Below, piece by piece: positions 1-8,417 of a stretch of DNA of 64,000 bases. Source of the stretch: Bdellovibrionales bacterium (GTDB lineage: Bacteria > Bdellovibrionota > Bdellovibrionia > Bdellovibrionales > JAGQZY01); the NCBI GenBank assembly GCA_964230645.1, contig CAXRHT010000001.1:954219-1018218 (forward strand), read 5' to 3'. The notes under the pieces are model-generated. The model was not told where the DNA came from, did not search any database, and saw nothing but the letters and a program-made list of their open reading frames with translations. Position numbers and translations under genes: made by a program. Positions within the stretch are counted from its first letter, which is position 1, and every line of letters starts with the position of its first letter.

Positions 1-1359
1 CCTTAAGTTCATACTCTTCCATTTGCCTTGTTTAAATCTCATAATCAAAAGAATGGATATGGCAACCATATAGACAATCACAAACTTCCATGAGAGAAGC
101 AGTCCCTCAGGGGACTTCATAAAAAGGATGGCTGGTAAAACCATGAGAGGCCAAGGTACGATCAGTGCCACATAGGATACAAAGGCCGTATCCCCAGCAC
201 CTTTCAGCGCAAAAGAAATATTCAAATAGATACAATCAAACAAAATAAAAATGGCTACAATTTTTAAAAGCTTTGGAACCGTGGCCGCTACCTCGCTCCA
301 CAATTGTGGGTTTTGGGGGTTGCTAAACCAAGAGATGTAAAATTCAGGGATCAGCCAAAAGCTTGAAGCCACAAGACTGATATAGATAAACGAAATTCCC
401 ACGCCATGCCAAGTTGTCTTGATGGCGGCTTTGATATCGCTCTCTCCCATTTTTTGCCCGACAAGAGTTAAAACTGACTGAGCAATTCCCATAGAAGGAA
501 GGACTGAGAGCATCATTATGGTCACAGCTATACTCGAGCTTGAAAGGGCCACATCACCATTAGGCAGGCGCCCGATGATAATCAAAAACACAGCGAATGC
601 TAAGCCTTCTAAAGCCCACTGCATTCCACTGGGTATTCCATATTTTAGGAATTTCTTAATATAGTTTGTATTCAATCTCCAAGAAGACCGCATCCGGAAA
701 AGCTTCTCTTGGTTTTTGTGAGAGAGTAGGTAAATGCAAAAAACGATGCCGGCATATCCAGAAAGAGCGGTGGCATAACCAGCTCCTTTAATTCCCATGG
801 CAGGAAAGCCCCATTTTCCAAAAATGAGCAGTGGGTCTAGAGCGAGGTTAAAGATTAGGCCTACAAAGTTTATAGCAATGACTGTTTTTGTTCGACCAAT
901 CCCCGTGTAAAACCCACTAATCGCTGCAATAAAGGCCATTGGTAAGGCCGAAAATGCCAATGAATTGAAGTAGTCGACTTCAAGAGCTTGGATGGAATCA
1001 GAATGGCCGACCATCTCAAAGAACCAAGGGGTGAAAAGGTTAAGGATGAGAAAAAGAAGACCACCGAAGACACTAATATATATTGATTGCCATACGTAAG
1101 AGCCAATTTTGCGCTCCTCGCCTGCGCCTTGGTACTGTGCCACGAAGGCTGTCACATAACTTGCCGTCTGCTGAAGCAGAGCCATGGGAACCCAGAAAAC
1201 TCCCATCACAGACATCGCAGCCCCCAAAGCCTCGGTGGAGTAGGCCCCAAGGAAAATTCGATCCACAGTGAGTTGAATGTTCCAAAAGCTATTGGCAATG
1301 ATCAGGGGCCAGGCAATATGTAAAATATTTTTGGTTGTATTCCAGTCTAATTTTCTCAT
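1..1359 (-). CDS. MATE family efflux transporter (stop codon lies beyond the window edge; absent from ORF track)
   Basis: Hand translation from ATG 1359 gives MRKLDWNTTKNILHIAWPLIIANSFWNIQLTVDRIFLGAYSTEALGAA, and the same frame at the window edge reads RFKQGKWKSMNLR, a typical MATE C-terminus. Confidence 0.9.
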   Translation of the reverse strand, partial: MRKLDWNTTKNILHIAWPLIIANSFWNIQLTVDRIFLGAYSTEALGAAMSVMGVFWVPMALLQQTASYVTAFVAQYQGAGEERKIGSYVWQSIYISVFGGLLFLILNLFTPWFFEMVGHSDSIQALEVDYFNSLAFSALPMAFIAAISGFYTGIGRTKTVIAINFVGLIFNLALDPLLIFGKWGFPAMGIKGAGYATALSGYAGIVFCIYLLSHKNQEKLFRMRSSWRLNTNYIKKFLKYGIPSGMQWALEGLAFAVFLIIIGRLPNGDVALSSSSIAVTIMMLSVLPSMGIAQSVLTLVGQKMGESDIKAAIKTTWHGVGISFIYISLVASSFWLIPEFYISWFSNPQNPQLWSEVAATVPKLLKIVAIFILFDCIYLNISFALKGAGDTAFVSYVALIVPWPLMVLPAILFMKSPEGLLLSWKFVIVYMVAISILLIMRFKQGKWKSMNLR

Positions 1360-1422
1360 TACTTGCTCACCCAAAAAACAGAGTCTTTGCTGAGCTGATC
1401 TTTCCTATTTTGTGGCCCCCTG

Positions 1423-4400
1423 TCAATCAACAGTTGCGGGCTTTTCTTCGAAATTCGCTACTTTCTCATCGGGCTCCATTTGGTCGATAAAAAGAGAGTA
1501 AAGGGAAGGTAAAATCACTAAAGTTAAAAGAGAGGAGGAGATCATCCCCCCAACCACCACAGTCGCCAGAGGCTTTTGCACCTCGGCTCCTAGGCCAGAG
1601 GAAAACATCATTGGTAGAAAACCGAAGATGTCGGTGAAGGCTGTCATTAAAACGGGACGCAGCCGCGCTTTAACACCTTGCTTAGCGATCTCGTCAGAAC
1701 TTTTACCTTTCTTATAGAGGCGATTGAAATAGCTGATCAATACAACTCCATTTAAAATACTGATCCCACTAAGGGCTATAAAACCAACTCCAGCCGAAAT
1801 ACTAAAGGGCATTCCTTGGAGGAGGAGCGCCAGTACTCCTCCAACCAGTGCTAACGGAGCACAGGCAAAAATTAAAACCACCTGGTAGAAATTCTTGAAG
1901 GCGCCATAGAGCATGCAAATAATTAGGAGAAGAGATAAGGGAACAAGGACAGAGAGTCTTTCTTTAGCTTTGATTAAATTTTTAAAACTTCCGCCCCACT
2001 CTATGAAATAGCCTGCAGGAAGATCGAGCTCTTCTTTTACTTTTTTCCTAGCTTGTTGCACGAATCCTTCAATATCTCGGGTGCTAGGGTTTATAAGGAC
2101 AGCCATTCTTCTTTGAGAGTTTTCCCTGCTAATGTCAGAGAAGGTTTTTGTAAATTCGATCTCCGCAAGATCTTTTATGGGAAGGGTAAACCCTTCAGAG
2201 ATACCCACGGGAAGGTTCTTAACAAGATCAATATTTTTACGCTCCTCAGAGGAGAGTCTTGTGACGATGGGATACTGCCGAACTCCGTCGTATATTACTC
2301 CCATCTTGCGTCCACCAATGGCTGTCTCAATAGCATCTAAAACGGGGCGCTCGGTGACACCAAGCTTGGCCAGTGTATTTTTCTTTGGAGTGTATTGTAA
2401 CATGGGCGCAAAGCCTTGGGATTGTGATTCGGCTCCAGCAACTCCTGGAACCTCTCGCAGAATGTCAGCCAATTTTTCTGAAAGTGATATGAGCTGATCC
2501 ATATCCTCCCCATAGATTTTCGCCGACACTTCAGCGCGGGTTCCCTCTAATAGCTCATTGAAGCGAAGCTCCACAGGTTGGGAGACCAGGAGAGCTTGCG
2601 CTGGCACGAGCTTTTCAAGTTTTGCCTTCACCTTTTTTATCAGTTGAGACTTTGTTTTTATTTTTGAATCTTCGGGCCAATCAGACTTTGGATGAAGCAT
2701 CACAAAGGTATCAGCGATATTTATACTCATGGGGTCGGTGGTGACTTCAGAAGCGCCGATTTTTGAAAAAACTTTTTTAACTTGGGGAAACTCACCAATA
2801 ACCTGATCGGATAATTTCTGTAAGGCCACAGCATTCTCAGCACTGACATTGGCCGGACGTATCATCTGTAAGGAAAAGTCACCCTCATCAAGTTGCGGAA
2901 TAAACTCAGCCCCAAGAAAATTGAAGGTCGTAATTCCTGAGGTAATTAATAATAGGGTCACAGCGAGCACAAGCTTTTTAAAGCGTAAAGCTAGATTGAG
3001 AACTGGGTCAATGAGCCGTTGAGCAATCCTAAAGACAAAAGGAGTTTTCTCTTTGGGGTCTCCACTTAGGAACGTGGCTGCAAGAGCTGGTACTAAAGTG
3101 AAGGAAAGCGAAAGGGCTGAGCCTAGAGCCATTACGAAGGTCATAGCCATGGGGCCGAACATTCGGCCCTCGATCCCCGTTAAGGCAAAAAGAGGAATAA
3201 AGGTGACTATAACAATAAGCTCCCCAAAACCAGCAGCCTGGCGAATCTCCGAGGTGGCTTTCGTTACTATGTTTTTAACCTCTTCGCGAGAGAGCTTACG
3301 CCCCAAAATCTCCTTTTCCTCTCGAATGCGCCTGACACAGTTTTCAATCACAATCACCGCGCCATCGATAATAATTCCAAAATCAAGGGCACCAAGGCTC
3401 ATCAGGTTTCCGGAGACTTTATAGATTTTCATAAGTGAAAAGGTAATTAATAAAGAGAGAGGAATGGTTAAGGCTGTAATAAGAGCGGCCCTTAGGTTTC
3501 CCACCATCATCAATAAAACCAATACAACCAGAAGAGCACCCAAAACCAGATTATGTTCCACGGTTGAAAGGGTGGCATTTACCATTTTTGAGCGATCATA
3601 TAAAATCTCTAGACGCACGCCTTGGGGCAGGTCTTCCTTAATTTCAAGTAGTTTTTCTTTAACTGCAATAGCCACTGTTCGGCTGTTTTCTCCAAGAAGC
3701 ATAAAGGCCGTTCCGATCACGGCCTCTTTTCCCGAGACAGTAGCGGCACCGGTGCGGATCTGCTTATCGAGCTCTACTTTGGCGATATCCTTGATCCTAA
3801 TGACTTCAAAAGTAGGCAGCCTTTTAACTATTACATTTGAGATATCCTCTTTGGTTTGCAGAAGACCCACACCACGAATTAGAACTTGCTCTCCAGTCTG
3901 TTGGACAAATCCTCCACCCACATTTTTATTAGATTGTGAAAGAGCTTTTTGAATATCATCGAAATGAAGTCCGTATCGCGCCATTTTTTTAATGTTGGGC
4001 TGAATGTAGTATTGCTTTTCAAAACCTCCGATGGTGTTCACTTCTGTGACACCCTTCACATTCAGTAGACGAGGCTTAATGACCCATTCTTGTAGACTGC
4101 GAAGCTCCATGAGCTGCTCTAATCTCTTTTGCTCTCCTTTTGCCTTATTCTCGTATTCAATAGAGTAATGAAAAATCTCTCCAAGCCCTGTGCTTATGGG
4201 CCCCATTTTCGGCGTGAGCCCCTTAGGGAGAGAAACATTTTGGATCTTTTCGCCAATTAACTGCCTGGCTTGATAGATGTCGTAGTCTTCCTCAAAAATC
4301 ACCGTGACCTGAGAGATGCCATACTTCGAAACAGATCGAATATTTGTCACCCCAGGTATACCGTTCATTGAATATTCAATGGGAAAGGTCACCATCCGTT

Positions 4401-4581
4401 CTACCTCTTCGGGAACAAGTCCAGGTACTGAGGTGTTGATTTGCACCTGTGTATTTGTGATATCAGGAACGGCATCAATGGGAAGGGTTAAAAAAGATTT
4501 CCCTCCCACTACCGTCATGGCTAAAAAGAAAACAAAAACGAAAATTCTATTTTTAACTGAAAATTCAACAATTTTATTCAT
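1423..4581 (-). CDS. czcA: CzcA/CusA family heavy-metal efflux RND transporter
   Basis: 1052 aa; LPIDAVPDITNTQVQI, GPISTGLGEI, TM4 GALDFGIIIDGAVIVIEN (CzcA/CnrA divalent type), RLRPVLMTA, GAEVQKPLATVVVGG. Confidence 0.93.
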   Translation of the reverse strand: MNKIVEFSVKNRIFVFVFFLAMTVVGGKSFLTLPIDAVPDITNTQVQINTSVPGLVPEEVERMVTFPIEYSMNGIPGVTNIRSVSKYGISQVTVIFEEDYDIYQARQLIGEKIQNVSLPKGLTPKMGPISTGLGEIFHYSIEYENKAKGEQKRLEQLMELRSLQEWVIKPRLLNVKGVTEVNTIGGFEKQYYIQPNIKKMARYGLHFDDIQKALSQSNKNVGGGFVQQTGEQVLIRGVGLLQTKEDISNVIVKRLPTFEVIRIKDIAKVELDKQIRTGAATVSGKEAVIGTAFMLLGENSRTVAIAVKEKLLEIKEDLPQGVRLEILYDRSKMVNATLSTVEHNLVLGALLVVLVLLMMVGNLRAALITALTIPLSLLITFSLMKIYKVSGNLMSLGALDFGIIIDGAVIVIENCVRRIREEKEILGRKLSREEVKNIVTKATSEIRQAAGFGELIVIVTFIPLFALTGIEGRMFGPMAMTFVMALGSALSLSFTLVPALAATFLSGDPKEKTPFVFRIAQRLIDPVLNLALRFKKLVLAVTLLLITSGITTFNFLGAEFIPQLDEGDFSLQMIRPANVSAENAVALQKLSDQVIGEFPQVKKVFSKIGASEVTTDPMSINIADTFVMLHPKSDWPEDSKIKTKSQLIKKVKAKLEKLVPAQALLVSQPVELRFNELLEGTRAEVSAKIYGEDMDQLISLSEKLADILREVPGVAGAESQSQGFAPMLQYTPKKNTLAKLGVTERPVLDAIETAIGGRKMGVIYDGVRQYPIVTRLSSEERKNIDLVKNLPVGISEGFTLPIKDLAEIEFTKTFSDISRENSQRRMAVLINPSTRDIEGFVQQARKKVKEELDLPAGYFIEWGGSFKNLIKAKERLSVLVPLSLLLIICMLYGAFKNFYQVVLIFACAPLALVGGVLALLLQGMPFSISAGVGFIALSGISILNGVVLISYFNRLYKKGKSSDEIAKQGVKARLRPVLMTAFTDIFGFLPMMFSSGLGAEVQKPLATVVVGGMISSSLLTLVILPSLYSLFIDQMEPDEKVANFEEKPATVD

Positions 4582-4592
4582 AACTAAAATTC

Positions 4593-4976
4593 CTAATGGG
4601 AGTGTCCGTATTCTGATTTGTCGGTTGAGAATATATCGCTGATTGCAATAAGCTCTTTGCCTTGAGTAACTATTGCATCACCTAAGCTGGGCTTTTTATC
4701 CATTTCGCGGAATTTAAAATAACCATCCTTTAATTGGTAATAGCCCTTTTTTTCTTTGACATAAACTATGGCTGTGGAGGGGATTTTAAAATCATCACTA
4801 TCCACTTTTTGAGTTTTTATATTCAGAAGCTTTTCGGACTCTTTAGAGAGTTTAAAGCCCTTTTTATCATCGACATCAACAATGGCTTTATGAGGACCGA
4901 AACGATGGGATTTGCCATGATGGTCTCCGTGGTCGCCACTCGCAAAAAGAAATAGGCTTAATAATAATACCATCAT
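4593..4976 (-). CDS. Very short CzcB-like periplasmic adaptor (His-rich)
   Basis: Between TolC and czcA; signal-like N-terminus, HGDHHGKSH, IPSTAIV...GDAIVTQG resembling an MFP C-terminal membrane-proximal segment. Confidence 0.6.
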   Translation of the reverse strand: MMVLLLSLFLFASGDHGDHHGKSHRFGPHKAIVDVDDKKGFKLSKESEKLLNIKTQKVDSDDFKIPSTAIVYVKEKKGYYQLKDGYFKFREMDKKPSLGDAIVTQGKELIAISDIFSTDKSEYGHSH

Positions 4977-6235
4977 GGAGCCTCCTGGATACCTAGGACA
5001 TCGTATAGTCGTCCTGTGAATTGACTTAATTTTAGAAAAGACTTTTGAGCTAGAATCTCATGACGATCACGGTCCTCCATCAAGGAGAGAAGCTGATCAT
5101 GGCCATCGATCATCGAAGGAATTGAAATCAGTCCCCTTAAAAATAGCCGCTCAATGCGGTGATGCTTTTCAAGAAGATCCTTTTTGTTTGGAATCATACG
5201 AAGAGTATCAAAGGTGGTTTTATAGGTGGCCAATAAATTTTCAACCACCACCTCATTCTCTTCTTTTTTAAAGCTAAGTTGAGTCTTCAGAAGTCGATAC
5301 TCATTGCTCGCGCGCTGCCGCCCTCCACGGTTCCAGTTAATAATAGGTAGATCTACCTTTAACGACAGGCCAAAGCGGTCAACTCTTCGCCCCAGTTCTT
5401 CTTCAATTTGAAAAGAGGGTCCAATTTTAAGGTCCGGATAAACTCTCGACTTTTCAAACGAAATCTTTTGCTCTGTCCACCGGGTCTCGTACTGCATTTC
5501 TCTATAATCACTGCTAATGGCCTGTGAGTGTTCCACGTTTTGTGGTGCCACTAAGGGCTTGGATTCAAGGTCCATATCGATTTTGCAGTTACTCTTTGCA
5601 TAAAAACCAATAAGATTATCAAGTTTTGTTTTTTCGATGATTAAATCTGAAATTTTCAGTCGGTGTTTGCTGACCTCCATATCCACAATATCCAATTGAA
5701 TTTTCTGCTCTGGAGAGAGCTGACGATTTCGTTTTAGGGAATTTCGCATCTTGATAAATACTTGCAGTGATTCTTGATACAAAGAGATCAAAGTCGAAAC
5801 CTGCTTTAAGCGAGAGATCATTAAGCTGGACTGAATTAAAACCTCATCTGCCCTATTTTTACTTTTTAGTTTCCCAAGCTCACCTTTAGCACTGGCAAGA
5901 TCGACTCTGGAGGACTGCTTGCCTCCGAGTTCAAAAACATAAAGCAAGTTCCCCATGGTTTCAGAGTTCGAACTCGACCCATGGTTGCTAGTAAAGTTAA
6001 GTATAGGATTAGGAGCCTGGCTCGCTTCATCCACGCTCGAATCAAAAACCTGGGCTTGAGAGCTAAGAGTGGCAAGCTCAGGATGGTTCATACTAATTTT
6101 CTCTAATATTTGTTGATCGGACTGGAGCACACAATTGGCCCTAGCCTGCATCGGAATAAAAAATAATAAAATTAAAGTGGCTCCCCAGTTCAATCTGAAA
6201 AGTTGAACAGAGAAAAGCCTCATTAAGGTTTCCAC
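4973..6235 (-). CDS. TolC/CzcC family outer membrane efflux protein
   Basis: 420 aa; APNPILN, ELGGKQSSRV, YPDLKIG, DLPIINWNRG motifs; GGAGG RBS; operon with czcA. Confidence 0.88.
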   Translation of the reverse strand: METLMRLFSVQLFRLNWGATLILLFFIPMQARANCVLQSDQQILEKISMNHPELATLSSQAQVFDSSVDEASQAPNPILNFTSNHGSSSNSETMGNLLYVFELGGKQSSRVDLASAKGELGKLKSKNRADEVLIQSSLMISRLKQVSTLISLYQESLQVFIKMRNSLKRNRQLSPEQKIQLDIVDMEVSKHRLKISDLIIEKTKLDNLIGFYAKSNCKIDMDLESKPLVAPQNVEHSQAISSDYREMQYETRWTEQKISFEKSRVYPDLKIGPSFQIEEELGRRVDRFGLSLKVDLPIINWNRGGRQRASNEYRLLKTQLSFKKEENEVVVENLLATYKTTFDTLRMIPNKKDLLEKHHRIERLFLRGLISIPSMIDGHDQLLSLMEDRDRHEILAQKSFLKLSQFTGRLYDVLGIQEAP

Positions 6236-6363
6236 CTTATGCCTCCAAAGTTTTTATTTACAAACGCCTTTAACGATAGTTAGGCGTACTTAGGAGGGCG
6301 GAGATTGGAGTCTAGACTAGGCTGTTGATAGAAATTAACGATTTCAAACAAGGATTGTGTTTT

Positions 6364-6621
6364 CTACTCCATTATGAACAGAATGGCCGCAGTTGGATTT
6401 AAATACCTCGAATGAGTATGGCAACAGTGGCAATCCTGACAATCTTCTTCAGGACAGGGCTTGTTGTCACCACTGGAGCAATGGTCGATGCCAGAATTAT
6501 CACAATCCTGTGCCATTTCCACTGATTCCGAGTGCCCTGAGTCCTCGATGGGACCGGCTCCATCAAGAGCAAAACTCGAAAAGAAACTGACTAAAATAAG
6601 GACTGTGATCCATAACTTCAT
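6364..6621 (-). CDS. Secreted Cys/His-rich CzcI-like leader protein (frame continues past TAG to an RPP motif, stop at 6280)
   Basis: Signal peptide MKLWITVLILVSFFSSFA, CPEEDCQDCHCCHTH; first gene of czc operon. Confidence 0.7.
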   Translation of the reverse strand: MKLWITVLILVSFFSSFALDGAGPIEDSGHSESVEMAQDCDNSGIDHCSSGDNKPCPEEDCQDCHCCHTHSRYLNPTAAILFIME

Positions 6622-6690
6622 TGCTATAGAGCATACTCTACATGTTGATCTCACGTCAATTCTCGCCCTTTTATGTCTCTTTTTGAAAGG

Positions 6691-7155
6691 TTAACAGAAA
6701 ATCTTTTCTGAGACCTTCTCAATAAGCTTTTCTAGAAAGATTTTATGCTCTTCATTGAAAAAGCTCTTTGTCGGCGCGTCGAGATCTAACACTCCAAACC
6801 TTTTATTCCCTTTCTTTAAGGGGATTACAAGCTCAGATTCTGATTCTGGGTCACAAGCGATATGATCAGCAAATTTGTGTACATCTTCGACCAGCAGGGC
6901 CTCTCCTGTTTCAAAAGATTTTCCACAAACTCCTCTCCCTTCTTTAATTCTAAGACAAGCCGGTTTTCCCTGAAAAGGTCCAAGCACAAGCTCTCCATCG
7001 GCCTCGTTCCATAGGTAGAATCCCACCCAATTCACTCCAGGAATGCCATGGAAAATCACAGAGGAGAGATTTGCTAGGTTGGCTATAAGATTGCTTTCAC
7101 CCTCAATAATGCCAAGAGCGGAGGATTCTAAATCGGACTGTTGAGATGGACTCAT
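6691..7155 (-). CDS. msrC: GAF-domain free methionine-R-sulfoxide reductase
   Basis: NWVGFY, LGPFQGKPAC, GRGVCG, HIACD..SESELVIP, GVLDLD motifs. Confidence 0.88.
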   Translation of the reverse strand: MSPSQQSDLESSALGIIEGESNLIANLANLSSVIFHGIPGVNWVGFYLWNEADGELVLGPFQGKPACLRIKEGRGVCGKSFETGEALLVEDVHKFADHIACDPESESELVIPLKKGNKRFGVLDLDAPTKSFFNEEHKIFLEKLIEKVSEKIFC

Positions 7156-7223
7156 TGATTGCTTCCTTTCACGTAAAGAAAGGGTCTAACCTTTTTTCTT
7201 TTAGAATGCAAAATGAGTCTATT

Positions 7224-7580
7224 TCAAAGAACGGGCTTGAAGAAAATCTGATGATCTTTGTTCTCTTCTTTTAAACGTTTAATCAACAAACTCCGGTTTA
7301 TAAAAAAAACTTCAGATCCAGCCTCAATGAAGACATCCGTATGAACAGGCTTTTCATTAAGTAGCTCTTTAAGAGCTATAAGCGTGGGACTCTCGATGAC
7401 CACCTTTGCCTGTTCTTTTTTAGGGAGTCTAACGCTCCCTCTAATCACCAGAACAGCAAGATTTGGAATTTGATTTTCGTAAACCAAATTCACTTCCTTT
7501 TTCAGACTGAGCTTTTCGAAACTCTGACTCAACCAGTAAAAGATTCTATTTTCGGTGTCGAGTTGATGGATTCCACACAT
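7224..7580 (-). CDS. Small cNMP-binding (Crp effector)-like domain protein without HTH
   Basis: LVYENQIP..AVLVIRGSVRL pattern like the Crp beta-barrel; follows Crp/Fnr gene; has its own FNR-like box. Confidence 0.55.
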   Translation of the reverse strand: MCGIHQLDTENRIFYWLSQSFEKLSLKKEVNLVYENQIPNLAVLVIRGSVRLPKKEQAKVVIESPTLIALKELLNEKPVHTDVFIEAGSEVFFINRSLLIKRLKEENKDHQIFFKPVL

Positions 7581-7614
7581 AAAAATAGGTTAGCTCTTCT
7601 GATAAATTAATAAT

Positions 7615-7628
7615 CTGATAGATATCAG
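7615..7628 (-). promoter_or_regulatory. FNR-type operator CTGAT-N4-ATCAG
   Basis: CTGATAGATATCAG; centre 41.5 bp upstream of ATG 7580, which has TAACCT 6 nt before it. Confidence 0.7.
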
Positions 7629-7646
7629 GAAATTGATTTTTATTGG

Positions 7647-8363
7647 TTAAAAACCTAAAGAGGCCTCTTTTTCGATCGCCTCGATATCTTTTAAGATAAG
7701 GTACTTTTTATCCTGAACCAAATAACCGGACTCTTTAAAATCTGTGATCAGTCGAATGATATTTTCAGAAGCCGCACCAACCATTTGTGCCATTTCTTCT
7801 CTAGTCAGCTTAATATCCAGTAAAACGCCGTCGTCTTGTTGAACGCCGAAGTTTTCTTTTAATAAAAGAAGAGTTTCTGCAAATCGCTCTCGTACGTTCT
7901 TTCTAGCCATACTGGCTAAGCGCTCTTCAGCCGCTCCCATTTCTTTGCTCAACCGACTAATAATTTCTGAGGCCAACTGAGGCTCCATTTTAATGAGAGA
8001 CTGGATGGTATCTTTAGAGACAAAACAAATCGTTCCCTCTTCGATGACTGTGGCCGAGGCTGTGTAGGGAGAGTTGGAAAAAAGACTACGGTGTCCAACT
8101 ACGTCTCCTTTGTGAACAATCCGCACAATCGTTTCATCACCTTCGGAGTTGGTCTTTGAAATCTTGACCTTTCCGCTATGAAGACAATAAAGGCCAAAGG
8201 GAGGATTTCCCTCAAGAAAAAGGTTTTGTCCTTTTTTATAAACATTAGCATTTTTGGATTGGTCGAGTTCCTGAAGCGCCTTATCCTCAAGATGACAAAA
8301 AATACTTTTGGGTCTTCCCGGGCAATTATCACAACTTAATACTGTTTTCTTTTTTAGGCTCAT
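7647..8363 (-). CDS. Crp/Fnr family regulator, FNR-like (N-terminal Cys cluster)
   Basis: CDNC...C N-terminus plus internal Cys (TICF), cNMP fold, HTH LTREEMAQMVGAASENIIR; adjacent to cco genes. Confidence 0.9.
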   Translation of the reverse strand: MSLKKKTVLSCDNCPGRPKSIFCHLEDKALQELDQSKNANVYKKGQNLFLEGNPPFGLYCLHSGKVKISKTNSEGDETIVRIVHKGDVVGHRSLFSNSPYTASATVIEEGTICFVSKDTIQSLIKMEPQLASEIISRLSKEMGAAEERLASMARKNVRERFAETLLLLKENFGVQQDDGVLLDIKLTREEMAQMVGAASENIIRLITDFKESGYLVQDKKYLILKDIEAIEKEASLGF

Positions 8364-8417
8364 TTCAGCTCGTATTCTAATTCATTCTCAATTTCTTCTC
8401 AAGTAGAGCTGAAATAA

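Noticed and set aside
870..4642. Short ORFs overlapping the MATE and czcA genes (and similar ones across the window)
   Set aside because: Antisense or alternate-frame shadows of well-supported genes, without recognisable motifs.
6364..6366. Genome-wide amber recoding or pyrrolysine
   Set aside because: Several conserved genes here end properly at TAG (e.g. 15331, 21943, 35073) and no pyl genes are in the window.
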